This document shows positions 1-12,050 of a stretch of 60,000 nucleotides of DNA, in pieces. Below the pieces are notes generated by a model, which saw only the letters and a list, made by a program, of their open reading frames with translations, made no database searches and had not been told where the DNA came from. The translations under genes were made by a program, and so were the position numbers. The DNA comes from Felis catus (lineage: Eukaryota), in assembly GCF_018350175.1 (NCBI RefSeq), contig NC_058368.1:187676001-187736000 (forward strand), read 5' to 3'. Position 1 is the first letter of the stretch. Every line of letters begins with the position of its first letter.

Positions 1-1122
1 TTTATGGCCCAGATGGCTTCCTTCTGTTCCCATAAACAGAGCCAGCCTTCATAATTTGGGTCCTAAATGAAGCAATGCAAACCATTAAACCCCAATGGAA
101 ACACCACTCAAAGTATATACCTCATGAAAAACAGAGTGCTTGAAAAATTTATATCACTGACTCCTCTGCCACTGCAGGGCAGGGTAGTTATGGCAGCAAA
201 GTTTGGAAACAACCTAAATGTCCAGCAGAAGAAGACCAGCTACATATCTCACGGTGGATCCATTCCCTGGGACATGGGATAACTGTGCAGCTCCACGGCC
301 ATGGCCATGAAACCAAAAGGAAATAACAAGGTGCAGAGGGATGTATACCATATGCTACCACCCATGTGAGAGGAAAAAGGCATAAATGTCTATGTTATTA
401 AATGTACAGATCACTTCTGGAAGGAAACATAAGGCACGGGTTATACTTGGGGAGGAGAATGAGGCCTGGGACCAGGGGGAGAACACATACATTTCACCAT
501 AGTATATATTTGTAAAATGACACCTTGTATCATATGAAAACAAAAAGAGAGAGAGAAAGGGAGGTTAAACTGAGCATGTGATGATATTAGATTGATTTGT
601 CCTCTGAGGAAGATTGGAAAGGTCAGAGAAGTTTTTTTGCCCTCATTTTATATGTGGGCCAGTTATCAGTAGATAGGATGCTCTTGCCCTAAATCTTTGG
701 TTTCCAGCCTGTGAGCTTCAGAAATTGGGGGTAGGAGGGGGTTCAGTGGTTCATAGTAAGCACTTGATAAAGGTTTGGTTTTGAATGAATGAATGAAGGA
801 GTGAACAAATGAATACTTCTTGGCATGGGTGGGGTATAGGGGGTGGAAAAGGGAAGTCAGTTGCACGGTTCCCCTGCTGGCCCCAGAAGAGGCTAAGGGC
901 ACTGACATCATTTCTACCTGTGGACAGCGATGCACTACCAAAACCATCAGTGCAATGTATTTTTATTCTTCAGAGATACTAGGAAAACAAGAGTCTTTGA
1001 AATGATACACAAAGGACTGCAGACTATGAATGGTTTTTAGAATCTTTTGAAAATCACTCCTGGAGAAAAGCCAACTTTCTGCCTCCCTCTCTCTCTCACT
1101 TGTCAGAACTCCTGATAACTGA

Positions 1123-1920
1123 GGGGTGCCTGGGTGGTTCAGTCAGTTAAGTGTCTGACTCTTGGTTTTGGCTCAGGTCACGATCTCACAGTTTGAGCCC
1201 TTCGTCAGGCTCTGCACTGACAATGTGGAACTTGCTGGAGATCCTCTCTCTCCCTCTCTCTCTGCCCTCCTGCACATGCATGCATGTATGCTCTCTCTCT
1301 CTCTCTCAAATAAATAAATTAATTAATTAAAAAAAAAAAGAACTGCTAACAACTGAGAGCTGAAGTTTTTAGCAAAAGAGAGACTCCAAATTAGTGAATA
1401 ATAAAAACCCTTCGTGTACCCTGCATAGAAATATTATAATACTGCTATGAAAAATAAAGAACAGGGACACCTGGGTGGCTCAGTCGGTTAAGTGTTCAAT
1501 TCTTGCTTTTGGCTCAGGTCATGATCTCACTTTTCTTGAGATCCAGCCCCACATTGGGGTGTCTAACAGTGCGCAGTTTGCTTGGAATTCTCTCTCCCTC
1601 CCTCTCTCTGCTCCTCCCCCCCCTCAAAATAAATAAACAAGTAAACTTAAAAAAATAAAGAACAGCAACAACAACAAAAAGCAAAACAATACTGAGAGTC
1701 ATTTTTTTTTAAAACCTTATTTATTTTTGAGACAGAGAGACTGACAGAGTGAGAGCGGAGGAGGAACAGAGAGAGATGGAGGCAGAGAATCCGAAGCAGG
1801 CTCCAGGCTCTGAGCTGTCAGCACAGAGCCTGACACAGGGCTCAAACTCACGAACTGCAAGCAAGGTCATGATCTGAGCTGAAGTCGGATGCTTAACTGA
1901 CTGAGTCACCCAGGCACCCC
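1123..1920. mobile_element. Three carnivore SINEs (about 1123-1340 +, 1464-1660 +, 1704-1920 -)
   Basis: GGGGTGCCTGGGTGGCTCAGTCGGTTAAG head, (CT)n tract and AATAAA/A-rich tail. Confidence 0.9.
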
Positions 1921-2289
1921 TGTGAGTTGTTATTCAATGGAAGGCCACTCTAGTAATTTTATCATGTGATTTTATTTTAATAACATTTACTTTTTTTCTG
2001 ATTATAAGAGTAATGCATGTTTCTTGTAGAAAACTTAGAAATACAGATATCTTAGAATAAAAAGTAAAATAGAATTTTCCATAATCCTACCACTGATTGC
2101 ATAGTTAATACTTTTATATTCTTCAGTTTCTTTTGCATGTGTGTTTAACCAGTCCTGTTCTAATCATGATTTATTTTTTAACCAGTACCTGTTCTAATAG
2201 TTCACTACAGTAAAAAAGCATTGTGATAAAACCCCCTGTAAAGAAATCTTTATACTCATCTGCTTTTTTTTTTTTAAATAAATTTCCAG

Positions 2290-2720
2290 AACAGTGCCTG
2301 AGTGGCTCAGTCAGTTGAACATCTGACTCTTGGTCATTATCTCACAGTTCATGAGTTCAAACCCCACTTTGGGCTCTGTGCTGACAGCTCGGAGCCTGCT
2401 TGGGGTTCTCTGTCTCCCTCTCTCTCTGCCCCTCCCCGCTCACACTCTGTCTCTCTCTCTCAAAATAAATAAATAAGCTTAAAAATAATTAAAGGGGAGC
2501 CTGGGTGGCTCAGCTGGTTAAGCATCGACTTTGGCTCAGGTCTTGATCTCACAGTTCGTGGGTTCAGGCCCCACGTTGGCCTCTGCTGACAGCTCAGAGC
2601 CTGGAACCTGCTTCAGATTCTGTGTCTCCCTCTCTCTCTGTCCCTCCCCCACTCGTGCTCTGTCTCTGTCTCTCAAAAATAAATAAATGTTAAAAAATTT
2701 AATTAAAAAATAAAATAAAA
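2290..2720 (+). mobile_element. Two tandem carnivore SINEs (about 2290-2490, 2494-2720)
   Basis: SINE head, body, (CT)n tract and A-rich tails. Confidence 0.9.
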
Positions 2721-2867
2721 TGAAATTTCAGAAGTGGAATAATTAGATCAAATGATATATTAAAAAATTTTAGTAAGACAATCTTTTAGTAAGATCGGAT
2801 TATATTCCCAACAACACCAAACATATATTTGTCCCAAACATATATTTGTCAACCTTTCATGTTATAT

Positions 2868-2951
2868 TTTTACGTATCATCTTTACACAGGGCCATGCTA
2901 ATCTTCTCTGCATTGTTCCTATTTTAGTATATGTGCTGCCAAAGCAAGCAC
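2868..2951 (-). pseudogene. 3'-truncated U6 snRNA retropseudogene (about U6 nt 1-85)
   Basis: The reverse complement reads GTGCTTGCTTTGGCAGCACATATACTAAAATAGGAACAATGCAGAGAAGATTAGCATGGCCCTGTGTAAAGATGATACG, which is U6 with several transitions. Flanked by a degenerate direct repeat tttcatgttatat / tcgcatgttatgt. Confidence 0.92.
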
Positions 2952-2970
2952 TCGCATGTTATGTACAGAT

Positions 2971-3192
2971 TTTTTTTTTTAATTTTTTTTCAACGTTTAT
3001 TTATTTTTGGGACAGAGAGAGACAGAGCATGGACGGGGGAGGGGCAGAGAGAGAGGGAGACACAGAATCGGAAACAGGCTCCAGGCTCCGAGCCATCAGC
3101 CCAGAGCCCGACGCGGGGCTCGAACTCACGGACCGCGAGATCGTGACCTGGCTGAAGTCGGACGCTTAACCGACTGCGCCACCCAGGCGCCC
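2971..3192 (-). mobile_element. Young felid SINE (SINEC_Fc-type) with TSD tgtacagattttt
   Basis: CpGs retained; diagnostic gggtggcgcagtcggttaagcgtccgacttcagccaggtcacg on the - strand; TSD copies at 2962 and 3193. Confidence 0.92.
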
Positions 3193-3199
3193 TGTACAG

Positions 3200-4022
3200 A
3201 TTTTTTAAATTTTTATTTATTTTGAGAAAAAGCACGAGTAGGGGAGGAACAGAGAGAGAGAGAGGGAGAGGGAGAGAATCCCAAGCAGGTTCTACACGGT
3301 CGGCACAGAGCCTGACTTGGGACTCGATTCCACAAACCATGAGATCATGACCTGAACCCAAATCAAGAGTCAGATGCTTTACCTACTAAGCTACCCAGGC
3401 ACCCCTCGCCTACTGTATTTTTTTTTTAATTTTTTTCATGTTTATTTATTTTTGAGAGACAGAGACAGAGCACAAGTGGGGGAGGTGCCGAGGGAGGAAG
3501 ACACAGAATCTGAAGCAGGCTCCAGGCTCTGAGCTGTCAGCACAGAGCCCAACATGGGGCTCGAACCCACAAACTGTGAGATTATGACCTGAGCCGAAGT
3601 TGGACGCTCAACCAACTGAGCCACCCAGGTGCCCCTATTTTATTTTATTTTATTTTATTTTATTTTATTTTATTTTATTTTATTTTATTTCATTTTATTT
3701 TATTTTTTAATTTTTGCCTGCTGTGGTTTTAAAAATCCTCAACAAAGATGTACCACAAAGTTTCTAAAAAAATTTTTTAATGTGTTTGTAGTGAGTACGA
3801 ACATTAAAAATTTTTCTTTCACATTTATTTATTTATTTTGAGAGAGAGAGAGATAGAGCACAAGTGGGGGAGGGGCAGAGAGAGGAGACACAGAATCTGA
3901 AGCAGGCTCCAGGCTCTGAGCTGTCAGCACAGAGCCCAACACAGGGCTTGAACCTATAAACTGCGAGATCTTGACCTGAGCCGAAGTGGGATGCTTAACC
4001 AACTGAGCCACCCAGGCGCCCC
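3200..4022 (-). mobile_element. Three carnivore SINEs (about 3200-3405, 3418-3635, 3822-4022) with (TTTTA)n at 3636-3705
   Basis: Reverse-complement SINE consensus ending ...gagccacccaggcgcccc. Confidence 0.88.
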
Positions 4023-4369
4023 AGTATGAACGTTTTAAAAATGATACTAATTCTTTTGAATTCCTTCTTTCATGGCATACATGAAATTCTGAATTTTGAT
4101 GTGTTTCATGTGGTAATCATTTATGAGAGGTTCAGATAGTAAAATCTACCTTTTGTCACATTTGTTAAAAACATTTTCTCCAATCTGTCATTTGCCTTTT
4201 TTGTGACATCTGATATATCTAACTAACTCTTGCATATTTACTCGAATATATATACTCATCCTCGGCTTTCTTCCTGTGCTTTATATTTGGGCTTTCTCTT
4301 CTGAAATAATGCACCTATATTTTCTCTTAATTGTCTTGTATTTTGTTGTTGTTTGTAGTTCTTTGGGCT

Positions 4370-4778
4370 TGATAAAGCTAATTTATAGATAGGGACCCCT
4401 AAAACAGAGGCCACCCTAGTAGTCTGTGCCACATCACAAATCTAAACCTAAGTCATTCTGCACTTTTCTGGAAACACCTGGCAAGGAAACCTAATATACA
4501 CCAATCACACATCTCCAAGTTAGCTTTAGCTAGTTTACCTTACCTTAGGAAATAGGACCTGCTAGCCTTATAAGGAAATCTCTAACCTCTTAATGAGTCA
4601 TGCCTTGCTTCTGCATTACCTCTTGTAACATTCTATAAAACTTGTTCTTGCCCAAAATCCCTCTGGAAGAGGTCTCCACTGCTGGTGAGACATTGCACTC
4701 TCCCAATCCATGGACTGTGTTCCCTTGAATAAAGGACATCAGACTTGTTACTAAATTGTTTTGGTTTGTCATTTGGCA
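4370..4778 (+). mobile_element. Probable ERV1-class solo LTR; its 3' end is duplicated at ~5040-5060 around a SINE (4860-5035, -)
   Basis: Starts TG and ends ...tgtcatttg(g/a)CA. Contains CCAAT (4501), TATA-like ctataaaa (4633) and AATAAA (4728) in LTR order. Possible 4-bp TSD ggct/ggtt. Confidence 0.6.
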
Positions 4779-6849
4779 GGTATGTATGTATATAATATAC
4801 ATGTGTATATATAATATATAGTACATGTATATATATTATATGTTTATTCATTTATTATAAATGTTTATTCATTTTTGAGAGAACATGCATGCATGAGTGG
4901 GGGAAGGGCAGAGAGGGTGGGGCAGACAGAGGATCTGAAGTGGTCAAGTCCAATGTGGGGGCTCAGACTCAGGAACGGTGAGATCATGACCTGAGCTGAA
5001 GTCAGACGCTCAACTGACTGAGTCACCCAGGCATCACTATTTTAGTTTTGTCATTTGACAGGTTCCTATATTTATTTGAATGATGATTGAAATAAATCTC
5101 TAGTTTTACTTTTACCCCCAAATTAACTAATTTCCTCAGCCTACTTTATTGAAGAATTTATCCTTTTCCGCACAAAAGTGAAATGCCACATTTATCCTAA
5201 GATTGGATTTTAAGTATGTTGTGTACGTTTCTAGACTTCAGTTATTCCACTGATGGTTATCCATCCACTCTTGTATTGACACCACACTATTATAATTATA
5301 CCTTAGCAATATGTTTTTTTAAATTTATGGTTTTATTGTTTTTTTTTTTAATTAATCTTTACACTCGACGTGGGGCTTGAACTCATGAACCCAAGATCAA
5401 GAGTTGCATGCTCTTCCGGCTGAGCCAGCCAGGCACCCCAGGTTAGCAATATGTTTTAAGATTTGTTAATATAGGTCTATCTCCTCCATTTTTAAAATTT
5501 AAAATTCTTAGATTTTCTCATGGATATTCTTCCATTTGAATGTTACAGAAAGTGTTACATGTTATCTTTTCCAGCCTCATCTACCCACAATCATTAGAAT
5601 TTTATTAAAGGACTAAATTTGGGTAAAGTTGGTATTTTCACCTTCTATTTCTTCAAGACTTGCTTATTATGTTTCAACTTTTATAATGTCTTCATTAAAA
5701 GCATTTATTTCTCAGTAACTTTATTCCTAGGTATTTCACACTTTTACAAGAGTATATATACTGTATAATACACGTATTATACACTATATATATTTTACAT
5801 TAAAATTGCTCTTTAAGCTCCAGTTGAAGCTTGTCAAAGCTGACTTTAAAATTTTTTTCCAGGTGGGTATGTGCTTTCAGGAAACCAGTCAGAAACTAAA
5901 GGCGCTTTAGTGGTGGCTATTTATTGAGTGTTCTTTTTATACCTGACATGGCAATTATCACTTCACACGAATTATCTTCTTTAATAATACAGTATCTTCA
6001 ACAGGCTGGTGCAATTTTCATTCCCATTTTACACAAGAGGGTTCCCCGTCTTAGAACATGTGAGGAACTTGGCAAAAATTATCCAGTTTGTAGGTGGGTT
6101 TGAAACAAGTCTGCGAATCTCAAAAAGTATCACAAAAAAACCATCAGCCAAGAGGACAGCCCACTGTGGTGCCAATAGATCAGCTGATTAAAGGGAGTGC
6201 CTTTCCGAAAACAATCAGCTGAATTAAAAAGACAGTGCTTTCCATCCACGGTACCGTTGGCTTTCCACCACTCCAAGACGCGGATCTATACTCTGCAGGA
6301 ACACAATAAATACCAGTTGATTCACTGAGCCTCCTTTTGAATTCAGGACTCGTGGGTAACCAAGAGCGGCTTTTCTGGAGCGTTCGTGGGAATTGTCCGT
6401 TTAGAAATCTACCTCCCCATCTCGAGACGAGTTTAAAAAAAGAAGAAGAAGAAGAATTAAGAAAGAAAAAACAGGTGGAACCGACGTAAAATTGGCCACA
6501 GCAGCGCACGCGGGAGACAGAACTTTCTGGGGGCATCCTGCCCGCGCTCTTCACGCGTGGTGCGCGCAGGTGGCGCTGCGGTCCCTGAGCTCCCCGCGGA
6601 AGCCGGCGAGGAGCCCAGGAGGCCACCCAGAGCCTCCGCGAAGGTGAGAGGAAGCTTTCCACCCAAGCGGGGGAGGCGGGCGGGCAGGAAGCGGAGCCAG
6701 CGCCGGCGAAAGAAAGACTCCAATTCCCAGCCCCCCGCCCCACGGGGTGCGGGCCGCCGGCGCATGCGCGTGGCCCGGCCCCCAATTCCCCCAGCGAGGG
6801 AGGGAGGCCCCCGGCGGCCGGGAGGCTGCGAGCCGCGGCGGGACCTGAG

Positions 6850-7023
6850 CGCAAGCAGGGGCGCGGCGGCGACGAGGGCGAGCGGGGCTGCGGAGGCGAA
6901 CGTCGAGAGCGTGGGGCGCCCCGCGCGCGCGCGCCCAGCCGCGTGCAGACACCCGAGGGCACCGCCGGCTTGGCCCTGAGAGGGGCCTGGCACCCTCAGC
7001 CCCCCATGCCCGAAGAGGGATGC
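6850..7023 (+). other. CCNJL: Probable non-coding first exon of CCNJL (start uncertain; donor GC|GTGAGT at 7024)
   Basis: Consensus donor gtgagt at 7024-7029 inside the CpG island, and a matching acceptor (gcccgtgtccacgcag|G at 7418/7419) 49 nt upstream of the ATG. Inferred from splice motifs only. Confidence 0.45.
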
Positions 7024-7467
7024 GTGAGTTTTCGCCCCGGCTCGAGGGCAGGATGTGGGAGCAGGACAAAGGCTGGGCGGCGGGGGAGGAGTTGGGGACG
7101 GCGAGCCGGTGGCCGCTGCCGGAGCTCCAGCCTTGGGTGAGCTAGCGGAGTCGGCAACTTTCTGCGCAACTTTTGCAAAAAGGAAGATAAAAATTCTGCA
7201 AGTTGTTGCAGAGTTCCAGGTGGCCCCGGCTCCCTCGAGCAGAGGGCAAGGGGGCACCGCACCCTTGGCTGGGACCGGAGGCGACCACCGGCTCCTCTCA
7301 GCGGGGTAGGAAGGGGCGCCCATTCGGGCCCTGGCCGGGGACGAGCGAGAATAGGGATGCCGCGGGTCCGAGCCGGGGAGGCGTGCTGCGGCTGCTCAAG
7401 TTGCCCGTGTCCACGCAGGGTGCGCCCTGAGAGCCCGGTAGCGTCGGATCTCTGTGCTGCATACCAG

Positions 7468-7533
7468 ATGATGGATGAGCCGTGGTGGGAAGGGCGCGTC
7501 GCCTCAGACGTCCACTGCACCCTGCGCGAGAAG
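7468..7533 (+). CDS. CCNJL: Cyclin J-like, first coding exon (MMDEPWWEGRVASDVHCTLREK)
   Basis: ATG at 7468. The peptide is recognised as the CCNJL N-terminus. Ends AAG|gtcagt (phase 0, 66 nt). Confidence 0.95.
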
Positions 7534-8307
7534 GTCAGTTCCTCCCTGCCGCGGTTGTGTGGCTGGGTATTTAAAGTGCCTTTGGGTCTCTATTCGATGT
7601 CCTCCGGTCGTCCCTTGTAGGTACTGGATCTCCTGATGGCCTTGCTTTCTTCCTGCCCTTAGCCTTCTCCCGGAAAATTGTGGGGCAGAAACTGGAGATT
7701 GGAGAGCTTTAACTGGTTTACTGGTTAGGAACTCAGAGATCGCGACTGTAGTCCTTAAAGCTATATTTCCCATAGTATTGCCACAAGAGATTATTTTAAA
7801 TGGTACCTTTAAAAGAAACAATTATTGTGTATTCATTTTAATGTGAAATTTAAAAAATGAAAATCTAGCAAGTTCTGCATAGGGTAAATGATGCTGATTT
7901 CCCATTGATTGTAATGACCTAACAGTTCCTTTTAAGATAGTAAAAGTTGTGACTCAGTAGAAAGAAATGTTAGGTAAGCGAAAGTGTAAGGTATATAGAA
8001 GTTATGTCTCCCTCAAAAACAAAAACAAAAACAAAAAAACCCCCACAAATCTCTAGGATGGAACTGAGTAAACTTTAAGAAAAACCAGTCTAAATGAGAG
8101 GCGACAAAACTGGGAGGCTGTGAGGAGAAAACAAACACTCCCCTGCCAGTTTGCCTCTGGGGGCAGCTGAAATGGGATCCCTGCCCTCCCCTCACCTCAA
8201 AGGAAGTGCTGATGGCCACGGAGGCAAGGGCCTGTGTGTCTTGCCTTCTGCCTTTGGGCTGAGACTGAGAAGGGTGGTTTGGGAAACAGGTGTGAAATAG
8301 AGGAGTA

Positions 8308-8638
8308 TATTGGTTCTCTAGGGTTGCCTTGAGGAGAGGACTTAAAACAATAGGAATTTCTGTTCTGTTCTGGAGGCTACAAGTCCAAAGTCAAAGTGTT
8401 GGCACAGTCATTCTGATCCTTGGCCTTTCTTGGCTTGTAGATGCATCGTTCCAAACTCTGAGTTGGTTGTCACACAGCGTTCTATGTTTGTTTTTTCTCC
8501 TTATAAGGACACCAGTCATTGGAATAAGGTCTACTTTAATACAGTATTTTAATTTAACTGATTACATCTGAAAAGACCCTATTTCCTAGGTGGACATGAA
8601 TTTGGTGGGAAGGGGGTGGATACAATTCAACCCAATAT
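8308..8638 (-). mobile_element. MaLR LTR (MLT1A/B/C-like)
   Basis: Typical motifs ttctggaggctacaagtccaaa, ttataaggacaccagtcattgga, ttacatctgaaaagaccctatttcc and caattcaaccca. Confidence 0.8.
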
Positions 8639-9520
8639 AGGGAAGGAGAGGTCTTCCTAGTGGGGTACCTGGGTCCCTACACAGACAGGTAGTGCATTTG
8701 CACCCAGTGTCTGTGGAGTTCTCCTTACAAAGTCACCAGATATTCAGGGTTGTTGTTTTTTGCCCCCTCATTAGGGAGTGGCTGTCTTCCAGCCAAATTA
8801 ATATTTTTTTCTTTTGCCTGTACCTGTTAGTCTATCTTTGTCTTGTGTTGGTTACCCAGGCTGTAGCTTTTTTGGTCTTCTCCCTGGAGCAGAATGGCCA
8901 AGGTGCCACACATTCTGAGCATCTGGAGAAGAAATCTAGGTCTTAAAGTGTTAGAAGGCAGAGATAGTGGGTTGGTAGGCCAGGCAGTATAGTCCTGGTC
9001 CTTTTCAGGAGGTAGTGGCTAAATGAACTAGGAAGAACTGCCATGGAAATTGGGTTTCCTTGTTGATCATAGGCTTGAGTGGTTATCAGTTCTCCTCATA
9101 GCTTGGGAGCAATGACTGGTATAATTTGTCCCTTTCTAGCAGGAAGGATTTCTGAAAGCAGTATAAACTCAACCAGCTCAGTCACCTGAGAATCCCCAGT
9201 CTTTTATATGAGTGTTCTGAACACCCCTCCAGCCACTCAGAGGAGCAGGGGCGGGCGGTCCCCCATTAATTGTGCCTCACCCAAGCCATATCGCTCTTAG
9301 TTTCCTGTTGGGCTGCCTGCCTCAGAGGGAGAAGAGCTTTGTCGAGGCTTTACAGGATAGAAATGGAAAACTCAGGGGTTGATGCCTAGGGTCCTCTGTG
9401 ACCTTGAAGCTCGTCTTATCAGGGCAATCCCAGGTTCCTTTGGTTTATAATGTAAATGCCCCCCCCCATATTAACTATTTTCTTCCTTTATTTCCACTCT
9501 CTGTTCAAAGAAGCAGATGC

Positions 9521-9728
9521 TTTTTTTTTTAATGTTTATTTTTTTGAGAGAGCTTGTATGTGAGCAGGGGAGGGACAGAGAGAGAGGGGGACAGAGGGTC
9601 CAAAGCGGGCTCTGTACTCACAGTGGATGACAGCCTGAAGTGGTGCTCGAACTTACAAACCTCAAGATCATGACCTGAGCCAAAACCAAGAGTTGGACGC
9701 TTAATCGACTGAGCCACCCAGGCGCCCC
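9521..9728 (-). mobile_element. Carnivore SINE
   Basis: SINE consensus in reverse complement. Confidence 0.9.
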
Positions 9729-10269
9729 AGCTGCTTCTTGAGACAATTTGGTTTTATGGAGAGTTTGCAGAGAAAAGCGAGGGCTAAGGGGAACCCAGCA
9801 GCCATACCAGCCTCACCTTTCTTAAGGAATGAGGGCTGGCCTTTCATTTTTCCCAGAGTAATTTTTTAGTCAACATCTATTCTAGTACTACATTTCTAAC
9901 ACTGTAGAACAATTTTGTGCGTGTCTGGCATACAGTAGACACTGTTGTTTGTCAAATGTTCCCAGATAAACACAAAGCATGTTTGTGTGTATGCTGTTGA
10001 ACTGTCATCATCGACCCGAGCGTGGTTATGCTCAGTTGACTGATGCAGGAAGCAAGGCTGGATCACCGAGCTAGTGGAAGCCCCACTTTGTCAGATGTGC
10101 CATTCCAGAATAGCATTACACTATAGTGTGTAAAATGTGACACTGTGGAAATGAACGGTGGTGTCAGACGCACACTAGTTATGGCGGTGAAACCCCGAGA
10201 GGCTTGTATGACCTCTCTAAACTTCTTTGAACCTGGCTTCCATCGTCCATTCTTCCCACCACCACCAGA

Positions 10270-10690
10270 ACTTAGATCGTGTCAGTTCCCTGCTTAAAGA
10301 CCTCCACTGTCATCCCATTGCTCTCAGTAAAATTCCCAGTTCTTACCTGTACCTGTAATATCTGACATAGTTGGGCCCCACCTGCTCTCATCTCTTGTCT
10401 CCTACATTGGCCTTCCCACATTGGCCTCCTTTCTCTTCCTTTAGTAAGTCAAGCTCATTTTGTGTCTCAGGGCCTTTGCACTGGCTGTTCCCTCTATTTG
10501 AAGTCTGCCTTTCTCTAATACTATTCCTCTGTGTCTATCAAAGCATCTTGTTTTGTTTCCTTTATAGTATTTACCAGCATCTGGAATTATTGCCTGTTTA
10601 TCACCTTTTCCCCTACACTAGAATGTACGCTCTGCAAGAATAGTCCTGTGCCTGTCTTGTTCAGTGCCAGGTGTCCATGTCTAGAATGGA
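10270..10690. mobile_element. L2 LINE fragment
   Basis: L2 3' motifs ccctgcttaaagacctcc, tctcagggcctttgcactggctgttccctct, ctagaatgtacgctc and gtcttgttcagtgc. Confidence 0.7.
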
Positions 10691-11889
10691 GCCTCCCTGA
10701 TCTGAGTGGAGTGGTGAAAAGAATGAATCTTCTTTAGTTTCCTTTTCTGTAACCTGGGGGGTGAATTTGATAGGAATGTTAGGAGTGATGAGAGAACCTA
10801 AGAACTGTGGTAGGCACATGACAGGAATTGTGCCCTCACACTTACCGATTGCTGAGTGGAAGCTGAATGTGAAACTGATAGTCCCTTTCACATAGAGTGT
10901 ATGCAGAGTAAGGCTTGGGGTTTGTGACCACCTTGTGAACGCTTCACAAGTGTGACAGGTAGTCCTGATTAAGACAAGGATCATTATCCCTTTGGGCCAT
11001 TGGATGGTGATGGGGTTGAGGCTGGGAGAAGCCTCAGTTTGCCAAAAGCCACGTACCTGGGACCCAGAAGCTAGGTGCCCTCGGCAAAATCTAAGCAGCC
11101 ATGGAACCCTCCTTCCATCCAGATCGCTCTAGAGAAGTGTCTCCCTCTCAGGCCACCTTTATCCCATGCTCGGACTTAAATTGCTCCCTTCATCATCTTT
11201 CCTGCCCTATTGCTTCTTCTAGAGCAAACCTGGAACCCCTTTCTCCAGCTACTTTCTGTTGGGGCAAAGGACTGCCAGCCAGTACAGGGGAATCAGGTTT
11301 CTTACTTGTAACACCTGTGCCCTTGAACTTCTTCATGGAACATGAGGGAAGCGGAACATGATCACAGATGATCACTGTCGCCAGTGGGGACAGTGAGACT
11401 GTTGGTGATGTTTTCTGGTGACCAGGTATATGTCCTCGTGAATATTCAGATTAAAGCTGAGAGCCTCCTTCCCCTCTCCTCCCCAAAAGGTGAATCCACC
11501 TTAAGTTTAAAATTGGCTTTAAAATAAGTTTAAAATTTAAGATCCCACGCTCTCAAAACCATGTGGACGAGCCCTACTTGTTTTGACCTGGTAGCTTTAT
11601 CTTCCGGGGCTCCTGGGACCCTGCATGCTAGAGGTTCCCTCCTTCATCCTGTTCACCTCCTCCTAGGATTGGGGTCATGTGGCACCTTGGGGGTCTCCTT
11701 GCCCTGCTCCAGATCTGCAGAGCAATCAGCTGCTTCCTGAAGCTTGCTTCCTTCCACACTTAGAGAACTTGAGCTGTGTGAGAGCACATTTCTTGAACCA
11801 GTAGACTGATCAAGGACATTTTTACTGATTTGTGATTGAATGTATACAAAGATCTTCCTAAACACCACCAACAAAAGTGACATTTAGCG

Positions 11890-12050
11890 ATGATAATGTT
11901 AGCGGCTACTATTTATTGAGCACTTCCTGATGCCCGCAGTGTGCCAAGCATGTCTCCATGTATTATCTCACTTCTCATATCTGCCCTAGTGCTGGGATTG
12001 ACCCTGTTTTACAGATGGGAAACTACAAGACTCAGAGGGTATGAGTAACT
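11890..12050. mobile_element. MIR fragment (others at about 19400-19620, 22860-23050, 28690-28970, 45720-45910, 59480-59710)
   Basis: MIR core tttattgagcactt...ttttacagatgggaaact...ctcagag. Confidence 0.7.

Larger units (their letters stand above)
6470..7620. promoter_or_regulatory. CCNJL: CpG island / promoter of CCNJL
   Basis: Abrupt shift to very GC-rich, CpG-dense sequence (e.g. ccgcgcgcgcgcgccc, GGGCGG GC boxes, an NRF1-like GCGCATGCGC at ~6760) around the first coding exon, while the flanks are CpG-depleted. Confidence 0.9.

Noticed and set aside
6180..7520. Long ORFs on both strands (260, 288, 172 and 174 aa) over the promoter
   Set aside because: Stop codons are scarce in GC-rich CpG islands. 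The peptides are low-complexity Pro/Arg/Gly/Ala with no recognisable domain.
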